DNA of 64,000 nucleotides, taken from assembly GCA_963721805.1 (NCBI GenBank), contig CAVRJY010000002.1, forward strand, positions 416,001 through 480,000, read 5' to 3'. This DNA comes from Nitrospirota bacterium (lineage in GTDB: Bacteria; Nitrospirota; Thermodesulfovibrionia; Thermodesulfovibrionales; JdFR-86). How positions within the stretch are numbered: the stretch's first letter is position 1; every line of letters starts with the position of its first letter. A model generated the notes under the pieces. The model was not told the DNA's origin, searched no databases, and saw only the letters and a list, made by a program, of their open reading frames with translations. The position numbers and the translations under genes were made by a program. Shown piece by piece: positions 19,838 through 28,591 of the stretch.

Positions 19838-20380
19838 TCAGTACCAGAACTCGGGATAACGTCTAGTCTTGGGGATGTTGTTTACGAGCAGTGCGATGAG
19901 CAGCAGTATCAATGCGCCGCCCCCGACCGGGAAGAGGGCGTACATGAATCCGAGGTTGTGGATCTTATCGCCGCCGATGACCGCGATCAAGGCGGTAGCG
20001 CCGCCGGGCGGGTGGAGCGTCCGTGTGGCGTGCATCAGGGCTATCGCTGTCGCTACTGCAACCGCCGCAGCGAGCCACAGCTCCGAGCCCAACGCCATCT
20101 GCGCGCCCACTCCGACGAGGGCCGAGAGCACGTGTCCGCCGACGAGGTTGCGGGGCTGCGCCAGGGGGCTCTTGATCGCGCCGTATATCAGCACCGCCGA
20201 TGCCCCGAACGAGCCAACGATCATCAACAGGTCGATCTTCTCAAACACGTTATAGTTCGCGTATGAGATGAGCCCTATGCCAAGGAACGAGCCGACCCAT
20301 GACCACGCGATCTCGGTGATACTCACGCGGGGCGGGCTGACCGTGGTGCCCCTCATCTTGCCGAGGTATGCGCCGAGCAT
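19838..20380 (-). CDS. HPP family membrane protein
   Basis: GSFGASAVL, SPLAQPRNLVGGH, LHPPGGATAL motifs. Confidence 0.93.
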   Translation of the reverse strand: MLGAYLGKMRGTTVSPPRVSITEIAWSWVGSFLGIGLISYANYNVFEKIDLLMIVGSFGASAVLIYGAIKSPLAQPRNLVGGHVLSALVGVGAQMALGSELWLAAAVAVATAIALMHATRTLHPPGGATALIAVIGGDKIHNLGFMYALFPVGGGALILLLIALLVNNIPKTRRYPEFWY

Positions 20381-20964
20381 TATTTGATCGCTGTCACGCG
20401 CGCACGGATGATGTCGTCGCGCGAGACGATTCCGGCGAGTTTCCCGGCGGCGTCCACGACCGGGACCCTGTTGATGTTCTTCGCCTCGAACAGGCCCATG
20501 ATCTCTTGGACGGTGGTCTCTGCGCTGACCGTGACCGCCGGGGAGGTCATGATGTCCCGCGCCAGCATCTTGCGAAGCGGCGCGGCGGTACAGCCCTTGC
20601 CGCTCAGGCATACCGCGATGATGTCCATTACGTGCGTCTTGTTGCCCATGTATTTGAGGAAGTCCTTCTCCGAGATCACGCCTGCCACGCTACCAGAATC
20701 ATCGAGCACCGGCAGCCCGGCGATACCCTTCCCGGCCATAAGAGCGGCGACCTCCTGTAGCGGGGTCGCGGTCTTTACCGAATAGACCGTGCGGGTCATG
20801 ATGTCAGCGGCCTTGAGCGAGCGGCGGATGCGGTCGAGGGCGTGGCGGAAGGCGTGCAGGTATATTTCCCTGAGATCGGCCGGGGTTACGTCGAGGTAGC
20901 CCCCTACTTCCTTCATCGCCTCGTATACGTCGGAGTCAGATACGCTTATGGGGTCATTGTCCAT
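20380..20964 (-). CDS. CBS domain protein
   Basis: Two CBS repeats (DIMT...LPVLD...GVISEKD; DIMT...VPVVD...GIVSRDD); coupled to the HPP gene. Confidence 0.9.
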   Translation of the reverse strand: MDNDPISVSDSDVYEAMKEVGGYLDVTPADLREIYLHAFRHALDRIRRSLKAADIMTRTVYSVKTATPLQEVAALMAGKGIAGLPVLDDSGSVAGVISEKDFLKYMGNKTHVMDIIAVCLSGKGCTAAPLRKMLARDIMTSPAVTVSAETTVQEIMGLFEAKNINRVPVVDAAGKLAGIVSRDDIIRARVTAIK

Positions 20965-21008
20965 GCCTACATCTTACACCGGGCAGGGCTAAGCCGCTAT
21001 GACGCGGG

Positions 21009-22616
21009 TCATACGGCGGGCTTGATAAACTCCCAGGGAAGGCGTTCGCTCTCAGGTTTCTCTCTGTGGATATAAAAATCAGGATCGATGCCAACGCCCT
21101 TCGCACCCTTGCGCCAGTCGTTTTTTGTGGAAGGGGTGCCCGTGGTGCCCATCGCCAGGATCGCCTCGCATACCCGGCGGTCTCCGACCGAGAAGAGCCC
21201 CTGCATGAAGGCGTACTTCGGGACGTCGTTAAACACGCTCACACCGCGCACCCGGCCCAGGGCCTTCTTGAGCGAGGCGAGCCTGCGTTTGACCACGTCG
21301 GGCCGCGCCATCGGCATGCGCTCAAACGGAGTGCCCGCCTTGGGCACGAATACGCTGAGCGTGAGCACGAACTGGCCCTGCGGCGCTGCCTCACGCATCT
21401 CGCGCACGAGCGCCGCGATCTCAAACGCCTCCCCGTCCGTCTCGGTCGGAAGCCCGATCATGAAATAGAGCCTCAGCCGCTCTATCCCCTCGACGCCGAG
21501 GATGAGCCTCGCGGCCTCGATGATCTCGGCCCGCGTGACCTTCTTGTTCACGAACTCCCGCAGCCTGTCCGATCCGGTCTCGGGCGCGATAGATACGCTC
21601 CTGACCCCGCGCAGCATCGAGGCGAGCTTCGCGCTCTTTGGGCTCGCGCGCAGCGATGTAAGCGAAAACACGACGCCCTCTTGGGCGAGCACCTCAGGTA
21701 TATCGGGATGGTCCGAGAGTGACGGCCCCACGAGCCCCACGCGCCCGGCCATGCCGCGCGCGTACTCGACCTCTGTCATTAAAGCCGCGCCTTCCTTGCG
21801 CCTTGGCGGGCGGTAGAGGTGCCCCGCGAGGCAGAACCTGCACTGCCACGGGCATCCGCGCATCGGCTCGATCAGGCACATGTCGCCGAACTCCGCGTTA
21901 GGCGTGATGATCACGCTGTGCATCGGATGGGCCGAGAGGTCGCGCATGACACGCCTCGTGATGCGCTCGGGCGCTCCGTCGTGCGCTATGCGATCCTTTA
22001 TCGTCCCGTCTGCTTTATAGCTCACATCATAAAACGCGGGCACGTACAGCCCCGCAATGCCGAGGCAGCGCTTAAGCAGGTCCTCGCGGTCTTCGGATTC
22101 CTTATAAGCCTCGACGAACTCCCCGAGCATCTCCTCGGCCTCGCCCGTAAAGCATATGTCGAAGATCGGCGCTATGGGTTCCGGGTTCGCTGACGGGCAT
22201 ACGCCACCGGCGATCACGAGCGGGTGTGAGGAGGTGCGTTCTGATGAGCGCGCCGGGATGCGCGCCATATCGAGCATCAGCGGTATAGCGGGGTAGTCGT
22301 TTTCAAACGATATCGAGAACGCGACGACCTCGAAACTCCCAAGCGGCGACAGGCTCTCAAGCGAGCAAAGCTGCTCGCCGGTGCGGCGGTATTCCTCCAT
22401 GTCCTCCGGCGAGGGCAGAAACGCGCGTTCGCATACAACGTCCGGCCGCGAGTTCAGAAGTCCGTATATCCCCTGGTATCCCAGGCTCGACATCCCGATG
22501 GAGTAGGTGTTGGGGTATATGAGGCAGACGCTGAGCTTCCCGCCACGGTCCTTGTATACCGTTCCGCGCTCGGCCTCGAGCAGGTATGCGGCGCTTTCGC
22601 GAAGCTTCCTGCTCAT
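21009..22616 (-). CDS. Radical SAM protein (YgiQ/TIGR03960-like)
   Basis: YPNTYSIGMSSLG N-terminus; RGCPWQCRFC cluster motif; YFMIGLPTET. Confidence 0.88.
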   Translation of the reverse strand: MSRKLRESAAYLLEAERGTVYKDRGGKLSVCLIYPNTYSIGMSSLGYQGIYGLLNSRPDVVCERAFLPSPEDMEEYRRTGEQLCSLESLSPLGSFEVVAFSISFENDYPAIPLMLDMARIPARSSERTSSHPLVIAGGVCPSANPEPIAPIFDICFTGEAEEMLGEFVEAYKESEDREDLLKRCLGIAGLYVPAFYDVSYKADGTIKDRIAHDGAPERITRRVMRDLSAHPMHSVIITPNAEFGDMCLIEPMRGCPWQCRFCLAGHLYRPPRRKEGAALMTEVEYARGMAGRVGLVGPSLSDHPDIPEVLAQEGVVFSLTSLRASPKSAKLASMLRGVRSVSIAPETGSDRLREFVNKKVTRAEIIEAARLILGVEGIERLRLYFMIGLPTETDGEAFEIAALVREMREAAPQGQFVLTLSVFVPKAGTPFERMPMARPDVVKRRLASLKKALGRVRGVSVFNDVPKYAFMQGLFSVGDRRVCEAILAMGTTGTPSTKNDWRKGAKGVGIDPDFYIHREKPESERLPWEFIKPAV

Positions 22617-23248
22617 GAGAGCATCGGCAGCACGGTGAGCATCGCCGCGGACCAGCTTATGTCGAGCGGGAGCTGATGGTCCACCGATGAGTCGAACAGC
22701 AGGTCCGCGCGCGCCGGGAATTCGTCGTCCTCGGCCCACAGGATCAGCGTGACCGGTATCCTCGGCGCGGGGTGAAGCTCTATGGCCGCATCGCCGAATT
22801 GCACGCGCCTGCCGCCAAGTGCGATGCCGCGCGCCACGAAGCCTTCGGGGTCGGAGCCCCATCGCCCGGCGAGCGCCGCAAGCGGTAGCTGGTGCGTGCC
22901 GCGATAGAATATCTGGCCGCCGCGCAGGGATTCAGGCTTGACGTGCCTGCCGGTAAGCGCGATGTCCTTGGCGAGCACGAGATACCATAGCGCGACGTGG
23001 TTGAAGAAATACCCGAGCCGCTTGATCAGGGCCTCGGCCTCGGGCGTGGGGTAGATGAAACGCCTCTCTGCCGGACATACGCCGACGTCCATATGCAGGC
23101 AGCGGAGCCGGTAGCAGCCCGCGTCATACGGGACGAGCGAGTTTCTGGCCACACCGGCCGGGTCCATTGAGGCCAGGGTCTCCCATGCCTTGTCTATGCC
23201 GGAGATGGGCCCCGGCTGCGGGGCGTCTTTATTGGCGGCGGCTTCCAT
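22613..23248 (-). CDS. DUF3786-like Fe-S-associated protein
   Basis: GGQIFYRG and PRIPVTLILWAEDDEFPARADLLFD pattern. Confidence 0.75.
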   Translation of the reverse strand: MEAAANKDAPQPGPISGIDKAWETLASMDPAGVARNSLVPYDAGCYRLRCLHMDVGVCPAERRFIYPTPEAEALIKRLGYFFNHVALWYLVLAKDIALTGRHVKPESLRGGQIFYRGTHQLPLAALAGRWGSDPEGFVARGIALGGRRVQFGDAAIELHPAPRIPVTLILWAEDDEFPARADLLFDSSVDHQLPLDISWSAAMLTVLPMLS

Positions 23249-23286
23249 CGTTAATTATACCCTGATAGGGTAGAATATACGCTGAC

Positions 23287-24216
23287 ATGAAGCCAGAAAA
23301 CCGCGTTATAATTTTAGTCGGCCCGACCTGCGTCGGCAAGACTTCGGTCTCGCTGCTTCTGGCCCGCGCGCTCGGCACCGAGATCATATCGTCGGACTCG
23401 ATGCAGATATACCGCCACATGGACATCGGCACCGAGAAGCCGGCGCCGGAGCAGCGCGCTATGGCCCCCCATCACATGATAGACGTGGCCGAGCCGTCGG
23501 AGGGTTTCAGCACCGGCCGATACCTCGATGCCGTGCGCCCGATCATCGAGCGCCTGCATAGCGAGGGCAGGGTGCCGATAGTCACAGGCGGGACGGGGCT
23601 ATATATCCGCGCAATGACGCGCGGGCTCTTCGAGGGGCCGGAGGCCGACTGGCCGTTGAGGGCTGAACTCGAGCGCTCCGAGACCGCCGAGCTGTACCGC
23701 CGCCTTATTGCGCTCGATCCCGAGACCGCGTCCACTCTTATGCCCGAGGACCGTAGGCGCATCATCCGGGCGCTTGAGGTATGCCTCGTAAGCGGCCGGA
23801 AGATGTCCGCGATGAAGGACGAACTGACGCAGCCCCTGCCGTACGACTTCATCAAGATCGCCCTGAGCCGCGACCGCGGGGAACTCTACCGCATGATCGA
23901 CGAGCGCGTCGATGGTATGCTAGGGCGCGGCCTGCTCGAGGAGGTCCGTGCATTGCTGGAGCTTCGGCCCTGCATCACCGCTATGCAGGCGATCGGGTAT
24001 AAGGAACTCGCCGCTCACCTGAGAGGCGAGTGCTCGATAGAGGAAGCCATCGAGAGGATAAAGCGCAACACCCGCCGGTATGCCAAGCGCCAGATGACCT
24101 GGTTTCGCTCGGAGGCTGGCCTGATCTGGGTGGATGTCACTGGGCTGAGCGATGCTGCCGGGATGTTTGCGAAGGTCGCGGATGAGCTCAGGCGCGCGGG
24201 GATGGGGTTAGGCTAG
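23287..24216 (+). CDS. miaA: tRNA dimethylallyltransferase
   Basis: GPTCVGKT, DSMQIYRHMDIGT, GGTGLY, TRRYAKRQMTWF. Confidence 0.97.
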   Translation: MKPENRVIILVGPTCVGKTSVSLLLARALGTEIISSDSMQIYRHMDIGTEKPAPEQRAMAPHHMIDVAEPSEGFSTGRYLDAVRPIIERLHSEGRVPIVTGGTGLYIRAMTRGLFEGPEADWPLRAELERSETAELYRRLIALDPETASTLMPEDRRRIIRALEVCLVSGRKMSAMKDELTQPLPYDFIKIALSRDRGELYRMIDERVDGMLGRGLLEEVRALLELRPCITAMQAIGYKELAAHLRGECSIEEAIERIKRNTRRYAKRQMTWFRSEAGLIWVDVTGLSDAAGMFAKVADELRRAGMGLG

Positions 24217-24569
24217 TTTTCGGCGCAGAGCTTGAGGGTGTTTTCTAGTTCCGCGAGCTTGAAGGGTTTCTTTAGCATGAGGATGCCCTTGTTGCTGAAC
24301 TCGGCAGCGAGGTCGGCCGTTATGAACGCGGAGCAGACGACGACCTTGATCTTCTTCTTGGGGTTTTCGGCTATCTCGTTGACGAGGATCGTGCCGCTGC
24401 CTTCCGGCATGCGCAGGTCCGTAAACAGGACGTCGAAGTCCCTAGAGCGCAACTGGGTGATCGCCTCCGAGGGGTTCGAGACCGAGATCACCTCATGGCC
24501 CCACTTGCTCAGCGCGCGCTCGAGGAACCACCGCACAAGCTGTTCGTCGTCAACTATAAGTACTTTCAC
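24213..24569 (-). CDS. Single-domain response regulator
   Basis: VLIVDDE, TDLRMP, KPF receiver motifs. Confidence 0.88.
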   Translation of the reverse strand: MKVLIVDDEQLVRWFLERALSKWGHEVISVSNPSEAITQLRSRDFDVLFTDLRMPEGSGTILVNEIAENPKKKIKVVVCSAFITADLAAEFSNKGILMLKKPFKLAELENTLKLCAEN

Positions 24570-24656
24570 TGTCTCCCCGTTGCGCGTGATATGGCGTAAT
24601 TTCCGGTTCGAGAAATTATAACATTTTCCCCAAGATGAAAAAACACAAAAGACGCG

Positions 24657-26045
24657 CTAGTCCTTCTCAGGCAGGAGGCCGAACTTCTGCATCCTGTAGC
24701 GCAGGGTGTCGCGCGTGAGGCTCAGGAGCTTCGCGGCCTTGGTCTGGTTGTCCTGCGTCATGTCGAGGGCCTGGCGTATGAGTTCCTTCTCGACGGTCTC
24801 AATGTCGATCCCGCCGGGGGGGATCGCGATCCGCATGCCGCGGGCGTTGGTCGAGGCCACCTCGCGCGAGGTCAGCTCCAGCGGAAGGTGGTCGGGCAGG
24901 ATGTAGTCCTCCCCTGACTCGAGGATCATCGCGCGCTCGATCACGTTTTTGAGCTCGCGCACGTTGCCGGGCCACGAGTATTCGCGGAAGCACTTTTCCA
25001 CATCTTTGGACAGGCCCTTGACGTATTTCTTGCACTCGCGGTTAAAGCCGTCTATGAAGTACCTTGCGATTATCAGGACGTCATCGCCGCGGTCTCTAAG
25101 CGGGGGCAGGGCGATAGGTATGACCTTCAGGCGGTAGTAGAGGTCTTCGCGGAAGTTGCCCTTGCGGACCTCCTCGTCGATGTTGCGGTTCGTCGCGGCG
25201 ATGATGCGGACGTCGACGTCTATGTCCTTGGTGCCGCCGATGCGCTTAAACGAGCGGTTCTCGATGATCTTCAGGAGCTTGGCCTGGGTCGCGGGCATCA
25301 TGTCGCCGATTTCGTCGAGGAAGACCGTGCCGCCGTCGGCGAGTTCGAACAGGCCGCGCTTGAGCGTCTTGGCGTCCGTAAACGCGCCCTTTTCGTATCC
25401 GAACAGCTCGCTCTCGACGAGGTTTTCGGGCAGCGAGGTGCAGTTGATGTCCATAAACGGCCGCTCGGCGCGCTTGCTCTGGTAGTGGATGACCTTGGCC
25501 ATCAGGTCCTTGCCGGTGCCGCTCGGGCCGCTCAGGAACACGGTCGATGCGTCGCTTGCGGCGATCTTCGCTATGATGGACATGACCTTCTTGAGCGCCT
25601 CGGACTGCCCGAGCACGCTCTCGGGGCTGTATTTCGAGGATATCTGCGTGCGGTACTGCGTGACCTCGCGCCTCAGGTTAGCGGTCTCTAAGGCCTTGGC
25701 GACCAGTATCTTGAGCTTCTCCATGTTAAAGGGCTTCTCGAGGAAGTCGTAGGCCCCGAGCTTGATCGTCTTGACCGCGGTCTGCACGTCTCCAAACGCT
25801 GTGATCATGACCACAAGCGCGTTTTTGTTGATCTCCTTGATGCCCTCCAGGATGGTGATGCCCGAGACGTCAGGCAGGTGGATGTCCAGGAGCGTGATGT
25901 CCGGAGACTCCTCCTTAAAGAGGTTCAGTCCGTCGAGGCCCTTCTCGGCCGTGAGGACCGAGTGGCCCTCCTTGGTGAGGTTCTGCTCCAGCGACCAGCG
26001 CAGGAGCTTTTCGTCGTCCACGACCAGTATCTTTGCGCCTGTCAT
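24657..26045 (-). CDS. Sigma-54-dependent response regulator (NtrC family)
   Basis: Receiver, GPSGTGK, GAFTDA, WPGNVRELKN, C-terminal Fis HTH. Confidence 0.95.
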   Translation of the reverse strand: MTGAKILVVDDEKLLRWSLEQNLTKEGHSVLTAEKGLDGLNLFKEESPDITLLDIHLPDVSGITILEGIKEINKNALVVMITAFGDVQTAVKTIKLGAYDFLEKPFNMEKLKILVAKALETANLRREVTQYRTQISSKYSPESVLGQSEALKKVMSIIAKIAASDASTVFLSGPSGTGKDLMAKVIHYQSKRAERPFMDINCTSLPENLVESELFGYEKGAFTDAKTLKRGLFELADGGTVFLDEIGDMMPATQAKLLKIIENRSFKRIGGTKDIDVDVRIIAATNRNIDEEVRKGNFREDLYYRLKVIPIALPPLRDRGDDVLIIARYFIDGFNRECKKYVKGLSKDVEKCFREYSWPGNVRELKNVIERAMILESGEDYILPDHLPLELTSREVASTNARGMRIAIPPGGIDIETVEKELIRQALDMTQDNQTKAAKLLSLTRDTLRYRMQKFGLLPEKD

Positions 26046-27490
26046 CTCTCACCCGCCGCGAGGGGAAGCGTGATAAGGAAGGTTGTTCCTTCTCCGGCGC
26101 GGCTGCTCACCACGAGCCTTCCGTTGTGCTTCTCGACGATGTTGTTGCTGATCGTCAGGCCGAGGCCGGTCCCCATGTGCTTGGTGGTATAAAATGGCCT
26201 GAATATGTTTTTGATCTCTTCCTCCGCGATCCCGGCGCCTGAGTCTGATATCCTCACGTCGGCCTCGCCGTCCTGGGCGCGTTCGGCGGCGCTCACCGTG
26301 AGGGTGCCCCCGCGGGGCATTGAGTGCAGGGCGTTCATCATTATATTTAAAAATACCTGTTGTATCTGCTCCGGGTCAACCTGTATGGTTATGGGCCGCT
26401 CCGGCAGCTCCACGCAAACCTCGACCGACTGCTTGCGGGCCTGCCCGGTCACGAGGCGCACGGTGCGCTCTATTATCACGTCCACCGGGATCGGTATGAT
26501 GCTCGGCTCCGGGGGCCGCGCGAAGGCGAGGAGGTCCTTGACGGCCTTGTCCAGTCGGGCGATCTCGGCCAGGACGTCGTCGATGATCTCGCGGCGGCGG
26601 TCCCCCTCCGGGAAGTCCTCGGCGAAGACCTGTATCGCCCCGCTTATGCCCGCAAGCGGGTTTTTGATCTCGTGCGCGATGGCCGCGGCCAGCTCCCCGA
26701 TAGTGGCCATCTTCTCCAGCCTCTGGACGGCCTCCATCTGGTATTCCTCGACCTGCCTGTGTGCGGCGTTGATCTCTGAGAGCATGTCGTCGAGCCCCGT
26801 CGCGATAGCCCCGATCTCATCGCCCTCGCCGTTTGAGAACCGGACGTGCATGTCCCCGGCCTCGACGCGCCTGATCGAGGCGAGCACCCGGCCGAGGGGG
26901 TCAGTCACCATAGCCGTGGTGATCGCTATCAGTATGAAGCTCAGCACGGTCACTATGACGCCGAACTCCGCGAGCGCGCCCAGGCGGCTGTCGTTGAGGC
27001 GGCGGTACGTCTCGTCAAGGGACATCGTGACGCCGAGCACCGCCATCAGGGGGCTGCCCCCGACGTGGCATACGGTGCAGCGTTTTTCCCTGTATATCGG
27101 GACGAAGATCGTCTGGGTGGGGTGGCCGTCAACCGAATTTACTATGGGGACCAGAAACTCAGCCGGGAGGTCTGACGTAGAGCGCAGGCCGTCTTCGGAG
27201 GGGTCCGAGGAAGAAAGGATGTAGCCGTCCGGGCGCATCAGGCGGGCCGACTCGAAGTCCTTGGCCGAGATCGGGCCTATGAGGCGGCGGATGTCGCTTG
27301 AGCGGCCCTCCATCATCAGGCTCACGAGGCCGTTTCTTATGATCTCGGCCGCGAGGTAGAGCTTGCTGCGCGCCCCGTCGATGAGGAGGCCCTTGTCGTG
27401 CCTGTATTTAAGGTAACTGAACCCGCCGAGCATGACCATCAGCACGCCCACGATGATCAGCGTGAACTTCGTCTTGAGGCTGAGCCTCAC
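26042..27490 (-). CDS. Sensor histidine kinase with periplasmic c-type heme motif
   Basis: CTVCH between two TM segments; HAMP; AHEIKNPL; GTGLGL. Confidence 0.9.
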   Translation of the reverse strand: MRLSLKTKFTLIIVGVLMVMLGGFSYLKYRHDKGLLIDGARSKLYLAAEIIRNGLVSLMMEGRSSDIRRLIGPISAKDFESARLMRPDGYILSSSDPSEDGLRSTSDLPAEFLVPIVNSVDGHPTQTIFVPIYREKRCTVCHVGGSPLMAVLGVTMSLDETYRRLNDSRLGALAEFGVIVTVLSFILIAITTAMVTDPLGRVLASIRRVEAGDMHVRFSNGEGDEIGAIATGLDDMLSEINAAHRQVEEYQMEAVQRLEKMATIGELAAAIAHEIKNPLAGISGAIQVFAEDFPEGDRRREIIDDVLAEIARLDKAVKDLLAFARPPEPSIIPIPVDVIIERTVRLVTGQARKQSVEVCVELPERPITIQVDPEQIQQVFLNIMMNALHSMPRGGTLTVSAAERAQDGEADVRISDSGAGIAEEEIKNIFRPFYTTKHMGTGLGLTISNNIVEKHNGRLVVSSRAGEGTTFLITLPLAAGER

Positions 27491-27505
27491 GAAGCCTCCT
27501 CTCCT

Positions 27506-28591
27506 TTACTGGCTGCCGTAAGCGTGCAGGCCGCTCAGGAGCAGGTTCACGCCGAGGTACGTGAAGATCACGGCCGTGAACCCGAGCACCGCCACTACCG
27601 CGGTCTTCTGTTCCTTCCAGCCGCGCAGCAGCCGCGCGTGCAGGTAAAACGCGTAGGCGAACCAAGTGATCAGCGACCATGTCTCCTTCGGGTCCCAGCT
27701 CCAGTAGACGCCCCAGGCCTGGTCGGCCCAGATCGCACCGAAGATCAGCCCGCCCAGGGTGAAGATAGGAAACCCTATGGCGATGCACTTGTAGGTGATT
27801 TCGTCGAGCACCGATGGGGCGATGTTGAAGCGGGATACGACCTTCCTGAGCGAGCCGCCGAAGCGCCAGACAACGAAGATGAAGGCCGCCAGCGCGGCGA
27901 AGCTCACCGCCTGTATGGCGGGCGAGGGGTTAAAGAGCGACGCCTTGAATATGCGGCTCTGGCCCATCACGCCCGCGGCCTTGCCGGCGGACTGCACGGT
28001 GAGGAAATCGAGCCCCATCAGCAGGAAGACTCCCACGAACAGCCCCAGCGCCATGGTCCAGAAGATATAGGCCCCTGAGGTGCGCTTCTCGGTCGTCATG
28101 ATCAGGTACATCATCGCGGTGCTGAAGGCTATCGCGAAGGTCGAGTACGAAAGGAAGCTCATCATCACGTGCACCAGCAGCCAGTTGCTCTGGAGCGCAG
28201 GGACGAGGGGCTGTATCTCGGTCGACATGCCCGAGAGGTCGATGAACGCCAGGGCGAGCCCGGCCACCGGGGTGACGAACGCGCCGAACGAACGGTTTTT
28301 GTACTTGAACTCCACGATCAGGTAGCCCAGGATCAGGCACCAGACGAAGAATACCAGCGACTCGTAGAGGTTCGTAAGCGGCACCGCGCGCAGTATGCCC
28401 ATCTTTCCAATGGCGTAGAACTCCGACCACCGCAGGCCGAGCGCTATCGTCTGGCACGCAAACCCGATCATCGTCAGGCCGGTTGCGGTGACGCCTATGC
28501 CGTTTTTCCTGAATGCGAGGTACGAGATATACGCGACCATCGCGGCTATATATGCGAGGGTGGATATGCCGAAGAATACCGAACTGTCCAT
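27506..28591 (-). CDS. ccsA: System II cytochrome c synthase ResC/CcsA
   Basis: PLTNLYES, LVPALQSNWLLVH, WADQAWGVYWSWDPKETW (WWD), GLHAYG; ATG overlaps resB stop. Confidence 0.95.
   Translation of the reverse strand: MDSSVFFGISTLAYIAAMVAYISYLAFRKNGIGVTATGLTMIGFACQTIALGLRWSEFYAIGKMGILRAVPLTNLYESLVFFVWCLILGYLIVEFKYKNRSFGAFVTPVAGLALAFIDLSGMSTEIQPLVPALQSNWLLVHVMMSFLSYSTFAIAFSTAMMYLIMTTEKRTSGAYIFWTMALGLFVGVFLLMGLDFLTVQSAGKAAGVMGQSRIFKASLFNPSPAIQAVSFAALAAFIFVVWRFGGSLRKVVSRFNIAPSVLDEITYKCIAIGFPIFTLGGLIFGAIWADQAWGVYWSWDPKETWSLITWFAYAFYLHARLLRGWKEQKTAVVAVLGFTAVIFTYLGVNLLLSGLHAYGSQ

Noticed and set aside
19838..20611. Extended N-termini given by the ORF track (HPP, radical SAM, ccsA, DegT, pyrE, thrC, pilT)
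   Set aside because: Extensions overlap neighbouring genes and lack homology; downstream ATGs with RBS or stop/start overlaps were used.
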